Assembly (NCBI GenBank): GCA_016748015.1
Contig: JAAOMT010000591.1
Span: 605,050-669,049, forward strand
DNA length: 64,000 bases
Direction of reading: 5' to 3'
Origin: Geosiphon pyriformis uo1
Taxonomy: Eukaryota > Fungi > Glomeromycota
Shown: in pieces, positions 1-12,684 of the stretch
Layout of the letters: every line of letters begins with the position of its first letter
Position numbering within the stretch: position 1 is the first letter of the stretch
Program-made: the position numbers and the translations under genes
Notes under the pieces: model-generated
What the model was told of the DNA's origin: nothing
The model's input: only the letters and a program-made list of their open reading frames with translations
Database searches by the model: none

Positions 1-3000
1 ATGGAAACCCATGGAAGCTGCACTAAAGAGAATTAAGATGAACAATAGGTTTACTGAGCTGTTTGGCTTGATGCACAACAATAGAAGTAACAAGATAATA
101 ACTGAATTTGGGTTAAGTGATGAATATCAAGTACAGGATGGACTGGATCAGGGGGAAACAAGCTCACCCATTATGTGGAGAATTTTCTATGACCCCTTAC
201 TGTGTGAAGTAAAACAAGCCAATTATAGTCAGGGATACAAACTGACAGCAGCATGGAAAAAGTGGGATAATCAAGCGGATACACAATCTCTGTTGGTGTC
301 AGTGAATCACCTTGCCTTCATCAATGACACAGTGTGGATAGCTAACTCAAGACAAGAAATCCAAAGTATTTTGGACACAGCCAGCTTCTTTTTTAGAATG
401 GTAGATATTGAGATCAACTTAGGAAAGACTGAGACAATGGTGATCAGACCCTCCAAAAGGAGATCTTTGATGGTGGAGCCACTAAAATTTGGTCCAGACC
501 AACAAATTTTGAAATTGTTGGATCCATCTACGTGTACCTGATATTTGAGAGTGTGGATCAGAGCAGATGGTAAAAATGAGACTGTTCTAAAAATGATAGG
601 ATCTGACATTGAAGCAGTGTGTGCAGTCATCAGGAAAAAACACGTAACTGAGAAACAGGCCATCTAAATTTTTAACAGTATACTCAGTCCAGCTATTGAA
701 TTCAGATCTCAGTTGACTCATATTCCTAATAGCTGGGCTAGAAAATGGACTTCAAAGATTTTGGCCACTGTGAAGAAAAAAGCAAAACTCTCAGTAGACT
801 TTCCAGCCAGTGCCATGCATCACTCATCCTTGTATAACCTGTTCAAAATTGATGATATACAAGTAAAAAGCAAGATCACAGATTTGTTAATTAGATTGAA
901 CAGTGCTAATATTGCTAGAACGGCTACAAAAATCAGACTAGTGAACTTGCAGACACAGAGATGGTCAGCTCATAGTATACTTGAATATCCCACCAATGAA
1001 CAATCCAAGCCAGGGGTTAATCTTATAGCAAACATTATACAGATGATGGAAAAAAGAGACATCTCATTCAAGAGCAATGGTAACACACATGGGATACCTG
1101 AATCTTCAAGACCACAGACGTATTTAATTGAGTCTATCTTACCTTCAAATGAAACCTACATTAAAGTTAGAAGCTTACTGAGAAAGGAAAACTTGTTGTA
1201 CTTGCATCAGATACAGAACAATGATGAGTCATTGATGACATAGAGGGACTTCACAAGGAAGTACAGACAAAGCGATAGTGGTAGAATTCCCAGATGGTTT
1301 AAGATTTTAGAATCTACAATCATTATGGATGAGTACAGAAACATTGATGTAGCACAATATGAAACATTGGGTATGCACATACTGACTAACCAAATACCAG
1401 ATAATTTAGAAACAATGCAAAGAGACACTATTTATATCCATATCCCTGATACTTTACTATCACAATAGAAGTGTGTATGAGAGAAGTTAAAACTCAGGAA
1501 AGAGATAGAAATATCAACAGATGGCTCACTGGTAAAAGCTGGTTCTGAGGAAGCAAGAGGAGCAGCTGCTTTCATAACACATGAGATAGAGGCTGAATTT
1601 GGTATAGCAATTGATAGAACATTGTCATCAACAAAAGCAGAGGCGAAGGCTGTATTGCTAGCTTTGGAAGCAGTGCCTTACAGATGTAAACTAACAATAA
1701 ACATGGATAGTCAAGTGGTAATGGCAACAGCTCAAAGATGGTTGTCCAAAGATTCTCTTCTGTCTATCAGATATCAGCTCAAAACCTCAAACTGGCACAC
1801 ATGGAATGCAATCAGAGTGATAATAAGGGAAAAAAGGATTGACCTCAGCATGAACAAAGTAGCTGTACATGCTGGTACATTAGAAAATGAGAAGGCTAAC
1901 AAACTAGCCAAAGGATCTACTGCTTTTGATACAATGAGGTGGGCCTACAATGCTAAGGAGGCTGCATACGTTCCCATTTGTGAAGCAGTGGAATTGGATC
2001 TAAACATCAGGCATTTTCTGAACAAACAGGCTAGGCTTCAATCAGCTTTAGAGTGGATAGGCAACAACAAAGTCCAAGAGACAATAAGATCTTTAGACCA
2101 AGATATAGACTGGATATGTACAACCAAGATTTGGAACTGGGATAGTAAAATGTCATCAGGCTTCACCTCAGCTAGTTCTTCAGCAATGCACACATTTATT
2201 ATGAAATCATTTCACAACATGCTGCCAACAGCAGAGGTGCTATACAACAGACATCCTCATATATACTTGAATAATCTTTACAAGACATGTCACAGGGAAG
2301 TGGAAACCAACCGGCACTTTTGGGAATGCTCTTTGAATACCCAAAAGGGCAAGACACTGATTGATAATATAAAAAATAAGTGGATACAGTGCCTTACAGA
2401 GGCTGTGAGGGGGGAATGCAAAGCCCAAAACACTGATGAGAAGATTGTACTGTCTAATGAATACATCATGTCAACGTCTAACATAGATCTGCTATATAAA
2501 GGACTGGTCAGTAAGCAATTTGGAAGGGTCAATACTTTTTCTGACATCAACCTGAGGACTAGCAATAAAGTATTGATTAAGGTGTGTAAATGGGCAGTTA
2601 CTCAAGCAAGGAATAGATTGTGGGGAGAACATTGCAAACTGCAAACTGAATGGGAAAAAACAATGGGTATTGATAATAGAGTCAAGAGAAATCCAAATGG
2701 TGGCTCCAGTATAGATAGCATTTCAAGGAATAGTGGTAAAGTTAGTGGTGAACCCATAGTCAAAGTAGGTAATGTTTCCACACAGTGTAATGGTATACTG
2801 ACTGATGTTTTTTGTGGTAGGAGTATTATGTATGATAGTGTAATACCCCATAGATTTTTTGGTTATACTAGTGTGTAGTTAGGCATAACCACTTAGTGGT
2901 TAGCCACATCTTGTAATTTAGATTATTGGGTGAGTTGGCTTTATGAAAAGGTCATGCTTTGTAAGTGTGGCTAAACTAATAAAAGACTAGTGTGGCTACA

Positions 3001-3018
3001 CATTAACAAAAAAAAAAA
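1..3018 (+). mobile_element. Non-LTR retrotransposon (LINE family 1), copy 1; 3' part with RT, RNase H, C-terminal Cys/His region, 3' UTR and poly(A)
   Basis: RT motifs QGETSSP and HLAFINDTVWIA; RNase H motifs TDGS / SSTKAEAKA / MDSQ / HAG..NEKANKLAK; stop at 2878; AATAAA ~2978; A11 tail at 3008-3018. Confidence 0.93.
11..2878 (+). pseudogene. LINE ORF2 remnant (RT, RNase H ~1500-1920, zf-RVT-like KTC..ETNRHFWEC), broken by stops
   Basis: ORF pieces 11-541, 713-1243 and 1622-2878 are collinear; stops fall where the second copy has CGG (539) and TGG (1241). Confidence 0.9.
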
Positions 3019-6000
3019 GTCAGTATGTGCATACCCAATGTCTCACATTGTGCTACATCAATGTTTCTGTACTCATTCATAATGATTGTAGATTCTAAAA
3101 TCTTAAACCATCTGGAAATTCTACTATTGCTTTGTCTGTACCTTCTTGTGAAGTCCATCCATGTCATCAATGACTCATCTTTGTTCTGTATCTGATGTAA
3201 GTACAACATGTTTTCCTTTCTTAGTAAGCTTCTAACTTTAATGTAGGTTTCACTTGAAGGTAAGATAGACTCAATTAAATATGCCTGTGGTCTTAAAGAT
3301 TCAGGTACCCCATGTGTGTTACCATTGCTCTTGAATGAGATGTCTCTTTTTTCCATCATCTGTATAATGTTTGCTATAAGATTAACCCCTGGCTTAGATC
3401 ATTCATTGGTGGGATATTCAAGTATACTATGAGCTGACCATCTCTGTGTCTGCAAGTTTGCTAGTCTGATTTTTGTAGCCATTCTAGCAATATTAGCACT
3501 GTTCAATCTAATTAACAAATCTGTGATCTTGCTTTTTACTTGTATATCATCAATTTTGAACAGGTTATACAAGGATGAGTGATGCATGGCACTGGCTTGA
3601 AAATCTACTGAAAGTTTTGCTTTTTTCTTCACAGTGGCCAAAATCTTTGAAGTCCATTTTCTAGCCCAGCTATTAAGAATATGAGTCAACTGAGATCTGA
3701 ATTCAATAGCTGGACTGAGTATACTGTTAAAAATTTAGATGGCCTGTTTCTCAGTTATGTGTTTTTTCCTGATGACTGCACACACTGCTTCAATGTCAGA
3801 TCCTATCATTTTTAGAACAGTCTCATTTTTCCCATCTGCTCTGATCCATACCCCCAAATATCGGGTATATGTAGATGTATCCAACAATTTCAAGATTTGT
3901 TTGTCTGGACCAAATTTTAGTGGCTCCACCATCAAAGATCTCCCTTTGGAGGGTCTGACCACCATTGTCTCAGTCTTATCTAAGTTGACTCAATATCCAC
4001 CATTCTAAAAAAGAAGCTGGCTGTGTCCAAAATACTTTGCATTCCTTGTCTTGAGTTAGCTATCCACACTGTGTTATCGATGAAGGCTAGGTGATTCACT
4101 GACACCAACAGAGATTGTGTATTTGATTAATTATTCCACTTTTTCTATGCCACTGTTAATTTATATCTCTGACTATAATTGGCTTGTTTTACTTCACACA
4201 GTAAGGGGTCATAGAAAATTCTCCACATAATGGGTGAGCTTGTTTCTCCCTGATCCAGTCCATCTTGTACTTGATATTCATCACTTAACCCAAATTCAGT
4301 TATGATCCTGTTGCTTCTATTGTTGTGCATCAAGCCAAACAGCTCAGTAAACCTATTGTTCATCTTAATTCTCTTTAGTGCAGCTTCCATGGGTTTCCAT
4401 CCCACTGAATCATATGCCTTTTTCATGTCTTGAAATGTAAACCAAGCCTCCTTATCAAATTCTCTTGCATGTTCAGCTACAGCATTAATCACATGAATAG
4501 GCACTGCTGTGGAGGTATTCTTTAATACTGAGATATTGTAACCTTTTAGGACATTGTGGAGTTCACATGCTTTTGATATTCTCACAGTTAGAATCTTTGT
4601 TAAGATTTTTCTGGTGCTTTCAATGAGTGTGATCGGCCTGGTAATGTCAATATTGCCACCCCATTCTTTTGGTTTTGGAATCAGTATAACTTGTGCTACT
4701 CTTCACTCCTTAGGCATGTTTGCTGCTTTAATGCAAGCATTGAGCAACATTTTCAGTTTAGACTTGGTATTAGGCCCAGCCTTCCTCCAGAGTTCAGCTT
4801 GAATGCCTGATGGGCCAGGAGCTTTGTTATGAGGTGTGTGGCTTAATATGTGTTCAAATTCCTTATTTGTTAATTCATTCATTACACTATCAAAGGCATG
4901 GTCTGGAATGCTTTCAATCGGCTCAAATCTGTATTTCCAACTTTTCCATCTTTGGGCTTTTCTGTTTACTAGCTTTTTAATTTCATCAGGATCATCATGA
5001 AATTTGCCTTCTTCAATTACATGGTCTAGTACAATTCTTTGTCTTTTTCTGTTCATGATGCTTTTAATCATAGCTCCTTTGTTTAGATCAAAGTTTTGTT
5101 GTCTTTTGATGATATTGTCCACTATCTGTCTCTGCTGTTGTATCCTAATCTTAGCACGCAGTGTTGATCTGTATTCTTTCTTAATATTGAGTAATTCTGT
5201 AATAAGCTCATCCTTTGGGAAAGTCATCAGATATGCACTAACTGTCTCAGGTTTCAACTGTTTCCATTTAGCCAACAACTGCAAAACATTGTTATCATGC
5301 ATATCTGCATTGTTTACTCTTATTAGTTTGATTATATCAGCAACAATCTTAACAAGCTTGTGATCTATGCATTCTTTCTTTGTGTGTGCAGATCGGGCTC
5401 ACACTTTCCTTTTCAGTAGGCACTCAGCAGCTTGTAACACAGTCTCCTTGATTGTAAGCCACATCTGGTTTAGATCATCATTGTTGTTATCTATTGATTT
5501 TCTTTGTGCATCATCTGTTAGTTAATCAGTTTCTCTAGCATAAATTTCTCATTGGACTCCAGATGCCTTTTTAACATTAATCATAGTTGTGCTACACTTC
5601 TTTCTTCCAGATCTAGATTTTTTAGTGCCTGCCAAGATTCTATTAGATCGGATGATTGTTATTACTGCTTTGTGATCTGTGCTAAAAGATTCATTAACAT
5701 CAATCACCCCAATGTTTGTGACCAGTGAGGCTGTAACTGCATCAGTAAACACATAGTCCAATCTTTTTTGTACACCATTTGATGCCCATGTCTTTTCTGG
5801 ATTGTTTGTTGGATATGTCCCATGTGTATCCACTAAATTCATATGTTGTAATGTTGCAGCAGTTGGACAAGCTTTGGCCTTATTTGCAGCATATGCTTCC
5901 TCAAGTGACTTGGATGACAGATCTTCATTCAAATTGCCTGCAACTATGATAATCTCTTTGTTTTGTACAATGTCTCCCAAAAGTTTCCTGATTTCTTTAG

Positions 6001-6427
6001 TTACTGCTCCTTCAGTAGGCACTTTGGAAACAGGCATGTACAGTCCTACTATGTGCACACTGACTCTTCCTCTAAATTTCAACCCCAAATGCAATAACCT
6101 TCCATGAAACCCCTTGATTGTTTCTACATGGTGTATCCAACATTTTTTGACCAGTATATTAACACCAGTTTCTATTTGTTTCTCTGTACTTGATTCCCAA
6201 AAGGCATAATATTTATCAGAACCAAAAAATACACCCTTTTCTTTTGTTAAAGTCATTTTAGTTTCTGTAACAATCACAAAGTCAAATTGTTCTTCAATAA
6301 CCCAATGTAGCACCTCTTCAGTTTTACCAGGATTATTAAGCCCTCTAACATTAACAGTACCAATTTTCCAAGTGTCATTATTGGAATAGTTCTGTTCTAT
6401 ATTGGAATTAGGTGTGCTACACATCAT
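3019..6427 (-). pseudogene. LINE ORF2: APE endonuclease (5549-6427) and reverse transcriptase (~3735-4850)
   Basis: APE motifs IGTVNVRGL, VTETK, GLYMP, AGNLN, RLDYVF, STDHKAV; RT motifs KAPGPSGI, DMKKAYDSV, QGETSSP, AFIDNT. Confidence 0.92.
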
Positions 6428-8691
6428 CTGTTTCCATAGATTTAGATTTTCCAGCTGTAGAACTGCTCCAGCTACTCTGTTTTTTCACTTGCTTCAGTAA
6501 CTCCAAAATGAGTTCCAAAGTTTTTTTAATTTTTTTGATTTCCAATTCTGGGTTGTATGCCTCTTTTTTTTCTGCTGGGGTAGATTTCAATATAGTACTT
6601 TGGCTTGATAACCCAATTTCTACCACTTTTTTTTCTTTTGAGGTGGCACTTGGCTGTTAAGTAACTATTACTTTTTTACCTTTCTCTATTGTCACTCCAA
6701 GTTTGGCAGCAACTGCATTCAGCAGTTTTGCCATTTTATTAACCTGCTGTTGTAGTTCATCAATTTCACTCTTCCATGATTGGTTTACTTCTTTTTTTGA
6801 TTGTTCTTCCCTATTGTTCACTTGTGGACCAGGTTTCTAAGTATTGTTTAGATTGGTGTTGTTCCAGTTATGGGGCAGTCTGAGTGCAGCCATATCAGCA
6901 TATGATCTTCCACCAAAGGCCTTGATGTTTTCCTCTAGAACATTCCTCTTAACATACAGTTTTGCCAACCTGATATTGTTGGTAACTTTCTTGGTATTTC
7001 CTTCTTTTTTCTTATGCAGGGTTGGACATTTTGAGACCAAATGTCCTACCTGGTAACAGAAGTAGCACTCTTTAGCATCAGTAGGCACCCAGTGGACCAG
7101 TGTGTTACCAATTACCAAGGGCTTTTTAGTGGCATTGTTGCAGCTAGCTTCACTGTCAAATCCTATGTAAGCACAGCCTATCCTTGTGTAATTTTTACTA
7201 GTTCTTGGGATGAAGCAGGATCAGGCTCTGATTTGATCCAAAGTGGTGCTCAAATAATGAGCAGTATAGTTCTGTAATAGACCCACCAATTTAGCTTCCC
7301 AGGTTTTTCTCTGCTCAATGATCTTTTGGGTTCCAATCATTGGGTAAATTCTGACTGCATTTTTTCTGACTATGGTCAACCATTGATCTACAGCTTTTGT
7401 TGCTTCTTCTTGGTTGTTATATTCAACCACAGTTGATTGCCATTTGCCAGCCACTCTGATTTGGATTTTATTGACCTCACCAAATTCTTTCATAGCAGCC
7501 CTCATCTCTCTGTCAGAGATGCCCAAGAAGATATCTCTTACCAGAACTTTTTTTAACCAGCCATTTGGATGTTGACACCATCAGTAGCCATCAAAAATGA
7601 TTCAATTTCATTATTTGCCAGAATTTTTCTGGCTTGGTCTCTTCCAGCCACTTGGGAAAAATCAACTCTGATTTCTTGGTTTCTAGTTATTACAGCCCCC
7701 AAAAGGTACTTGACATCTCCCAAGAGATCATAGATCCACCCCACTTTCTCTCCCATGATTTTTTCAGGTATATCTAATGCTTGTACAAAAAGTACATGCC
7801 TTTTGGTCCCATAAACCACCGTTCTCCATCCTTCCTCCTGGTTTGCTTCCATAAGCATGGGTTTTTTCCAAGTAACCTACTACTGTATTGTCCTGGACTT
7901 GGACTAGCCATTCTGCTTGATAGGCTTGATTCAGAGTCTTCCATGTCTTCTGCAACATCATCTGCATTAGGCTTATCTCTGTTTGTGTCAAATGGATTGT
8001 CCATTTGTTTTTTAGTCTCTAATACAGACTTTCCTCTGTTGATCCTGTCCAAAATATTAGGATTGCACTTTCTCAGAGCTGCTTCTATTTGTGCAGCTCT
8101 GTCTCTGTCTTTTTTAGGTGCTTTGGATGGTCCATCCATTTTTTTCAGGGACTTTGAGACTCTCTTTTTACCAGTCCAAGCTTTTATTTGAAATTTGTTG
8201 TTATTTCCTCCTTTGTTGAACATTGGCTGTAAGACAAAGTTATCAGTTCGAACAGATGTGGTTTTGGATAAGTCTTCTTCAGATATTTGGGTGAATTTCT
8301 CAGTTAGCCCTTTTACACTTAATCTTCCAATGTGTCTGTATTTTTTGTTGGCTTTTTCCTCTAATCTGTTAGCTATTATTAGAAAAAAGTCTGCTGCTCT
8401 CCTATGTGGAGCTGTTCTTTTCAATGTGTTGGCTATTTTAAAAGGTGTATCATCTCCACTACTTGTGTTCACACTTCCAAATGGCCTATTGGTAGTTTCA
8501 AATCTAAATAGAGGTGTAATAGGTCTGGCAGTTTCCACAGTTAATGAATTTTGTGAATTAGTGTTAACGTCTTCTTCTCCATCAGTGGAAGTTATGTTTT
8601 TTTCTACTTGGTATTCACTATCAATAGTCTCTACACTTGTACTTCTTTGCATGACTGTTGTCACTTCACTGTTGACATTGTTATCAGACAC
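6417..8691 (-). pseudogene. LINE ORF1 (RRM-like region, CCHC knuckle, coiled-coil C-terminus), frameshifted
   Basis: GISDREMRAAMKEFGEVNKIQIRVAGKWQSTVVEY (RRM-like); CYFCYQVGHLVSKC = CX2CX4HX4C; lies directly upstream of APE. Confidence 0.82.
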
Positions 8692-8828
8692 TTTTAAGTC
8701 TGTTGTGATAGTAATAATAATATATTTCAGTTAAAGATTTCTTTGCAAAAACTTATTTTTCAAATTTGAGGCATAGTAAATTGTCTGGTAGCAGTCAAAG
8801 AGAGAAAAAAAGTTTTTGTCCACTTTTA

Positions 8829-9567
8829 TGTTACAGATTGGAGTAACAAACTAATGGATAGCAAAGGAGAACAGGATTGTAGGATAATGAAAAAGAATCA
8901 AAGAGAATTCAACTTTAAAAAGTGAATTGAATGAGTATGAATTCAATGTGTAAGATCAGTCTTATAAAATATCTCAGTCACTTTACTTTTCAAAAGATAA
9001 CCAGGAATCTGAAGGTAGAAAGATAGTCTGTACTGTTAACAAATAATCACACACTGGTATAATTTTATGCCTTATGTTGGTGCTTTTAAAATTCAATATC
9101 AAGTATCAAATGTACTCTTTAGTTACATTTTATTTAATAATCTTCAAATACTGCAATTACCCATTTCAGGAAAAGGATAAGAAATAATCAACAAGTAATT
9201 TTTTATCCCAAAATGTTCAGATATTTGAAAGTAGGGAAAGGGAAATTAGTGATAAGAGAATAATTGAGATGAAAGTTGTTATTTTATTTTATTTTATTTT
9301 TTGATTCTTATATGCTTTTTTATAGCTAAAAGATTTATCACTTATATAGCTATCAAAAGTGGTCAATGATTAGGTTAACAACTAAGTCAATGATTAGATC
9401 AATGATCAGGTCATTGATCAAGTCAATAATTAGGTCAATGATCAGGTCAATGATTAGGTTATTGATCAAATCAATGATTACTTTCTAAAAATAGAATGGT
9501 TAATTATATGACATTAGTGGCTAATACATGTAATAATTAATAAGAAGTATAAATTTCAACCATAATA
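8829..9567 (-). repeat. LTR family A (5'-type LTR; PBS truncated after TGG)
   Basis: Aligns by eye to 11364-12012 and the reverse complement of 30319-30971; followed on the minus strand by TAAAAGTGG like the other A 5' LTRs. Confidence 0.9.
9361..9480. repeat. Ten 12-bp tandem units (GGTCAATGATYA) in the LTR-A U3
   Basis: Counted directly; 3 units at 11889-11924 and 4 units at 30406-30453. Confidence 0.9.
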
Positions 9568-9930
9568 ATATTTTTATTATAAAATTAAATACAATAAATG
9601 TTTTATTATTATTATATAACAAGTGAAGTCCAAATACTACCTAGAACAATATATTAATAAATGATTTAAACTAAGTGTAAATCATGTTTTTTCTACACAT
9701 AACCAGCCATTCAGACTAATTAAGACAACACTAAACACCTATACAAACTGTAACCATGTTCTCTATACCCAAAAAAAATAAGCAAAAATTACACAGCCCA
9801 AAACTAGCACCAAATGCTTTAGCAATACCTAACAATTTGACTACACTAGCCAAAAACACTAAAAAAAACCCAGACACTAATATAAAAATAGATTCATCAT
9901 ATGGAATCAGCCCATTTTTTTCCATATAGG
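9568..9930 (-). mobile_element. 5'-truncated 3' stub of a second LINE-like family (ORF2 C-terminal peptide plus AT-rich 3' UTR)
   Basis: ORF 9731-9925 MEKNGLIP...VVKLLGIAKAFG..FGLC..CLFFLGI resembles LINE C-termini I recall from Glomeromycotina repeats; unverified. Confidence 0.55.
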
Positions 9931-10348
9931 CTGGTGGTTTCTGAAACCGAAAAATTTTTGGCGCATAATGCAGGCTTTACGGTCGTTATATACGCCGAGG
10001 AAACTGAGTACGTACGTCTGAGAAATAAAACGCGTCTCAAAATCTTTAATTGAGACTTTTTTTTGCCCCTTAATATATTAGCACTATAATAACAGGGGGA
10101 AGTGACTGCCTTGTTCGCATGTTTCCACCTGTTAAAGATGGCCATGTTTCGCCGCCTAAAAAAACTTTTGAACATCATGATGGGCCAATTCGTTGCGTCG
10201 CAGTATACGTATGCATTCTTGTTAAGCTGCAAAACACGTGTTTATTCAAGTTAAAATCCTCTTGTATCAATTTTCGACCAAAATAATTTAGAAAGGAAAA
10301 TTGGTTATCGCTTCTGATGATTGTCGCGTGACATTGTGTGATATTAAA
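9931..10348. promoter_or_regulatory. CpG-rich non-TE island with palindromic motifs; possible relic host regulatory DNA
   Basis: Many intact CpGs against near absence in the flanks; ACGCGT, AAACACGTGTTT, GTCGCGTGAC, GTCTCAA-n9-TTGAGAC. Confidence 0.45.
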
Positions 10349-12012
10349 AACAAAAAAATGTATTTTCTGCTCTTCTGTCCAATTTCTTCTAGAGTCTACC
10401 CATTTAATAAGTTTTCTTATTGCTTTGGCATATTCTGTCACAACCTCACCAGGGCCTTGAGTTCTTCTTTCTAATTCTATACACCATTTTAAGATTAAGA
10501 TGGGAGTTCTAAATTTTGTTTCAAACTGGGTAGTGAAAGAGGTGTTGTCTTTTCCAGCATTTGCCAGTGCCCATCTAATGATTTTTTGTTGAGCATTGGC
10601 ATTGGTTTCTTGTAAGAACCAAGTAGCAGAAGAGCCTTAGAGATAGCCACCAACAATTTGGAACTTGTATTCATTATTATATTGGTTTGCTGTGGCAGCT
10701 TTTTCAAAATCATCCAGTCATTTGATTGGATCTTGGACATCACCTCTGAATAATGGTAATGGGGTGTTGTTTTTTCGCCCTAAAACAGTCTGTATACCTT
10801 GGAGGGTGATCAGAATGTTTTGTTGTAAAGGGTTTTGAGCCATTGGTTCAGGTGTAACTGTTTGTGTGGAGTGTTCTGATTTACTTGAAAAGAGATAAAA
10901 AATGGGAGCAGTTTGATAGCTTTCTTCTTCTGTTTCAAGAAGAGTTTCTGTTGATTAATGGGTAGCAATCCAAATGTGGATTTAATGATTCAGATCTTCG
11001 AAATCAGGGGGCTGTTGTTCAAAGGTTGTAGAATATAAGAGCTAATTAATACTGTTGTTTCTTTCTTCAAAGTCATCTTCAAAATAAGCTTGGTCAAAGT
11101 AATAGGTTGTATAAGCTGTGTAGATTTCAGCTGAATGCTCATTCAGGAACCAGTTCCAAAAGTCTTGGAATTGTCTGCTAGATTGATCTTCAATGGGAAA
11201 GCAAATCAAGCAGGAGAGCAAAAAATTGAGTTCAATAAAGTCTAAATTGTTTTTGTTGTGTGCTTTAAAGTGTTTTTTTGATTGTTGTGGCAGGTATGAA
11301 TAATCACTCATACAATAAAAAACAAAGTATATTTTGACAACCTTACAGAAAGCACCACTTTTATGTTATGGGTTGGAGTAACAAGCTAACAGATAGCAAG
11401 GGAGAACAAGATTGTAGAAATAATCAAAGAGAATTCAACTTTAAAGAGTGAATTGAATAAGTATAAATTCAATGTGCAAGATCAGTCTCATAAAATATCT
11501 CAGTCGCTATACTTTTCAAAGATAACTGGGGAATTTGAAAGTAGAGAGATAGTCCATACTGTTAACAAATGATCACACTTGGTATAATTCTATGCCTTAC
11601 GTCAGTGCTTTTAGAATTCAATATCAAGTATCAGATGTGCTCTTCAGTCACATTTTATTCAATAATCTCCAAATGTTGCAATTACATGTTTCAGAAAAAG
11701 GATAAGGAATAACCAACAAGTGATCTTTTATCTTTTAAGATGTTCAAATACTTGAAAGTAGGGAAAGGGAAATTAGTGATAAGAGAAGAATTAAGATGAA
11801 AGTTGTTATTTTTATTTATTTGATTTCCTTGATTTCTTCATACTTTTCTACAACTAAGAGATTCATCACTTATATAGCTGTCAAAAATGGTCAATAATCA
11901 GGTCAATGACTAGGTCAATGATTACTTTTTAAAAATAGAGTGGCTAATTTATGTGATATCAGTGGCTAATACATGTGATAATTAATAAGAAGTATAAGTT
12001 TCAACCATAACA
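10349..12012 (-). mobile_element. Truncated Ty3/gypsy family A element: 5' LTR 11364-12012, PBS 11341-11357, 5' gag 10349-11311
   Basis: LTR with TGTTATGG..CCATAACA ends; PBS TGGTGCTTTCTGTAAGG; gag peptides MSDYSYLPQQ and YAKAIRKLIK..WTEEQKIH match the copy at 31024-31990. Confidence 0.92.
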
Positions 12013-12684
12013 GTATCTTTAGTTTACTGAAATTAGAGCAAAGAAAAAAGTGCAAATTCAAAGACCAGTACTACAACAAGTTGTATAAAAAAAGAGCTTT
12101 TCTTTTCAAGAAAATGTATCTTCTTATAGTATCTTACTATAGTATCTTATTTTAAATATCTTAATTGGAACAAATCACTTTTTTATACATTTCAAATAAA
12201 AATTAAATATTCAAAAAAACAAAATTCTTTGATTATTACACTTGAAATTTCTCTAAAACACAACTAACATTTTGAAATTGATTAGCTACCAATTTCAATA
12301 ATCTGTTAATGACTCCAGGCCTGGATAAAAAACATTTTCTATGTTAAAATTCTATTTTATTTTCTTATCATAATCATTGAGGTAGCCTACAGATAAGATT
12401 CTTGTAAAAGAGTTGACTTTTACAGCAAAGTAACTACACATTTTTAGTAAACTTTCAGACAAGCAATTTCTGGGAAAGAATTAATGTTTACTACAACATA
12501 ACTACACAAAATAACTGGCATGAAATTGGCTTTTTTATTTATAAGCCCAGCAGTTCAAATTATCTTCTATAATTTGAAAATAAATTCAGTTATTGAAGGT
12601 TCAACTGCTTTCAGAAAATGTGAAATTAGCAACAAACAAACATTAGCAACATTTAAGAAAAAAGACCAAAAACCTCTGGTAATA
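12013..12684 (+). repeat. 3' portion of a family B LTR, interrupted on the left by element A and inserted in the gag of outer element D
   Basis: Matches 55827-56497 and ~41410-42080; ends CCTCTGGTAATA (consensus ..GTAACA); D gag resumes with CCAG. Confidence 0.85.

Larger units (their letters stand above)
3019..8819 (-). mobile_element. LINE family 1, copy 2 (5' UTR, ORF1, APE endonuclease, RT); cut at 3019 by copy 1
   Basis: 3019-4400 is the reverse complement of 1-1387 with scattered substitutions; full ORF1/ORF2 layout upstream. Confidence 0.93.

Noticed and set aside
1-8819. Twin-priming 5' inversion of a single LINE
   Set aside because: The arms overlap in sequence, are tail-to-tail across a poly(A) and have diverged independently, which fits two insertions.
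9897-10441. ORFs 9897-10232 and 10175-10441 as host genes
   Set aside because: No recognisable motif; the second is a gag fragment reading through a junction.
8829-12012. The two minus-strand A LTRs as the 5' and 3' LTRs of one short element
   Set aside because: Both are followed by the spacer and PBS start, no PPT precedes the left one, and unrelated sequence lies between them.
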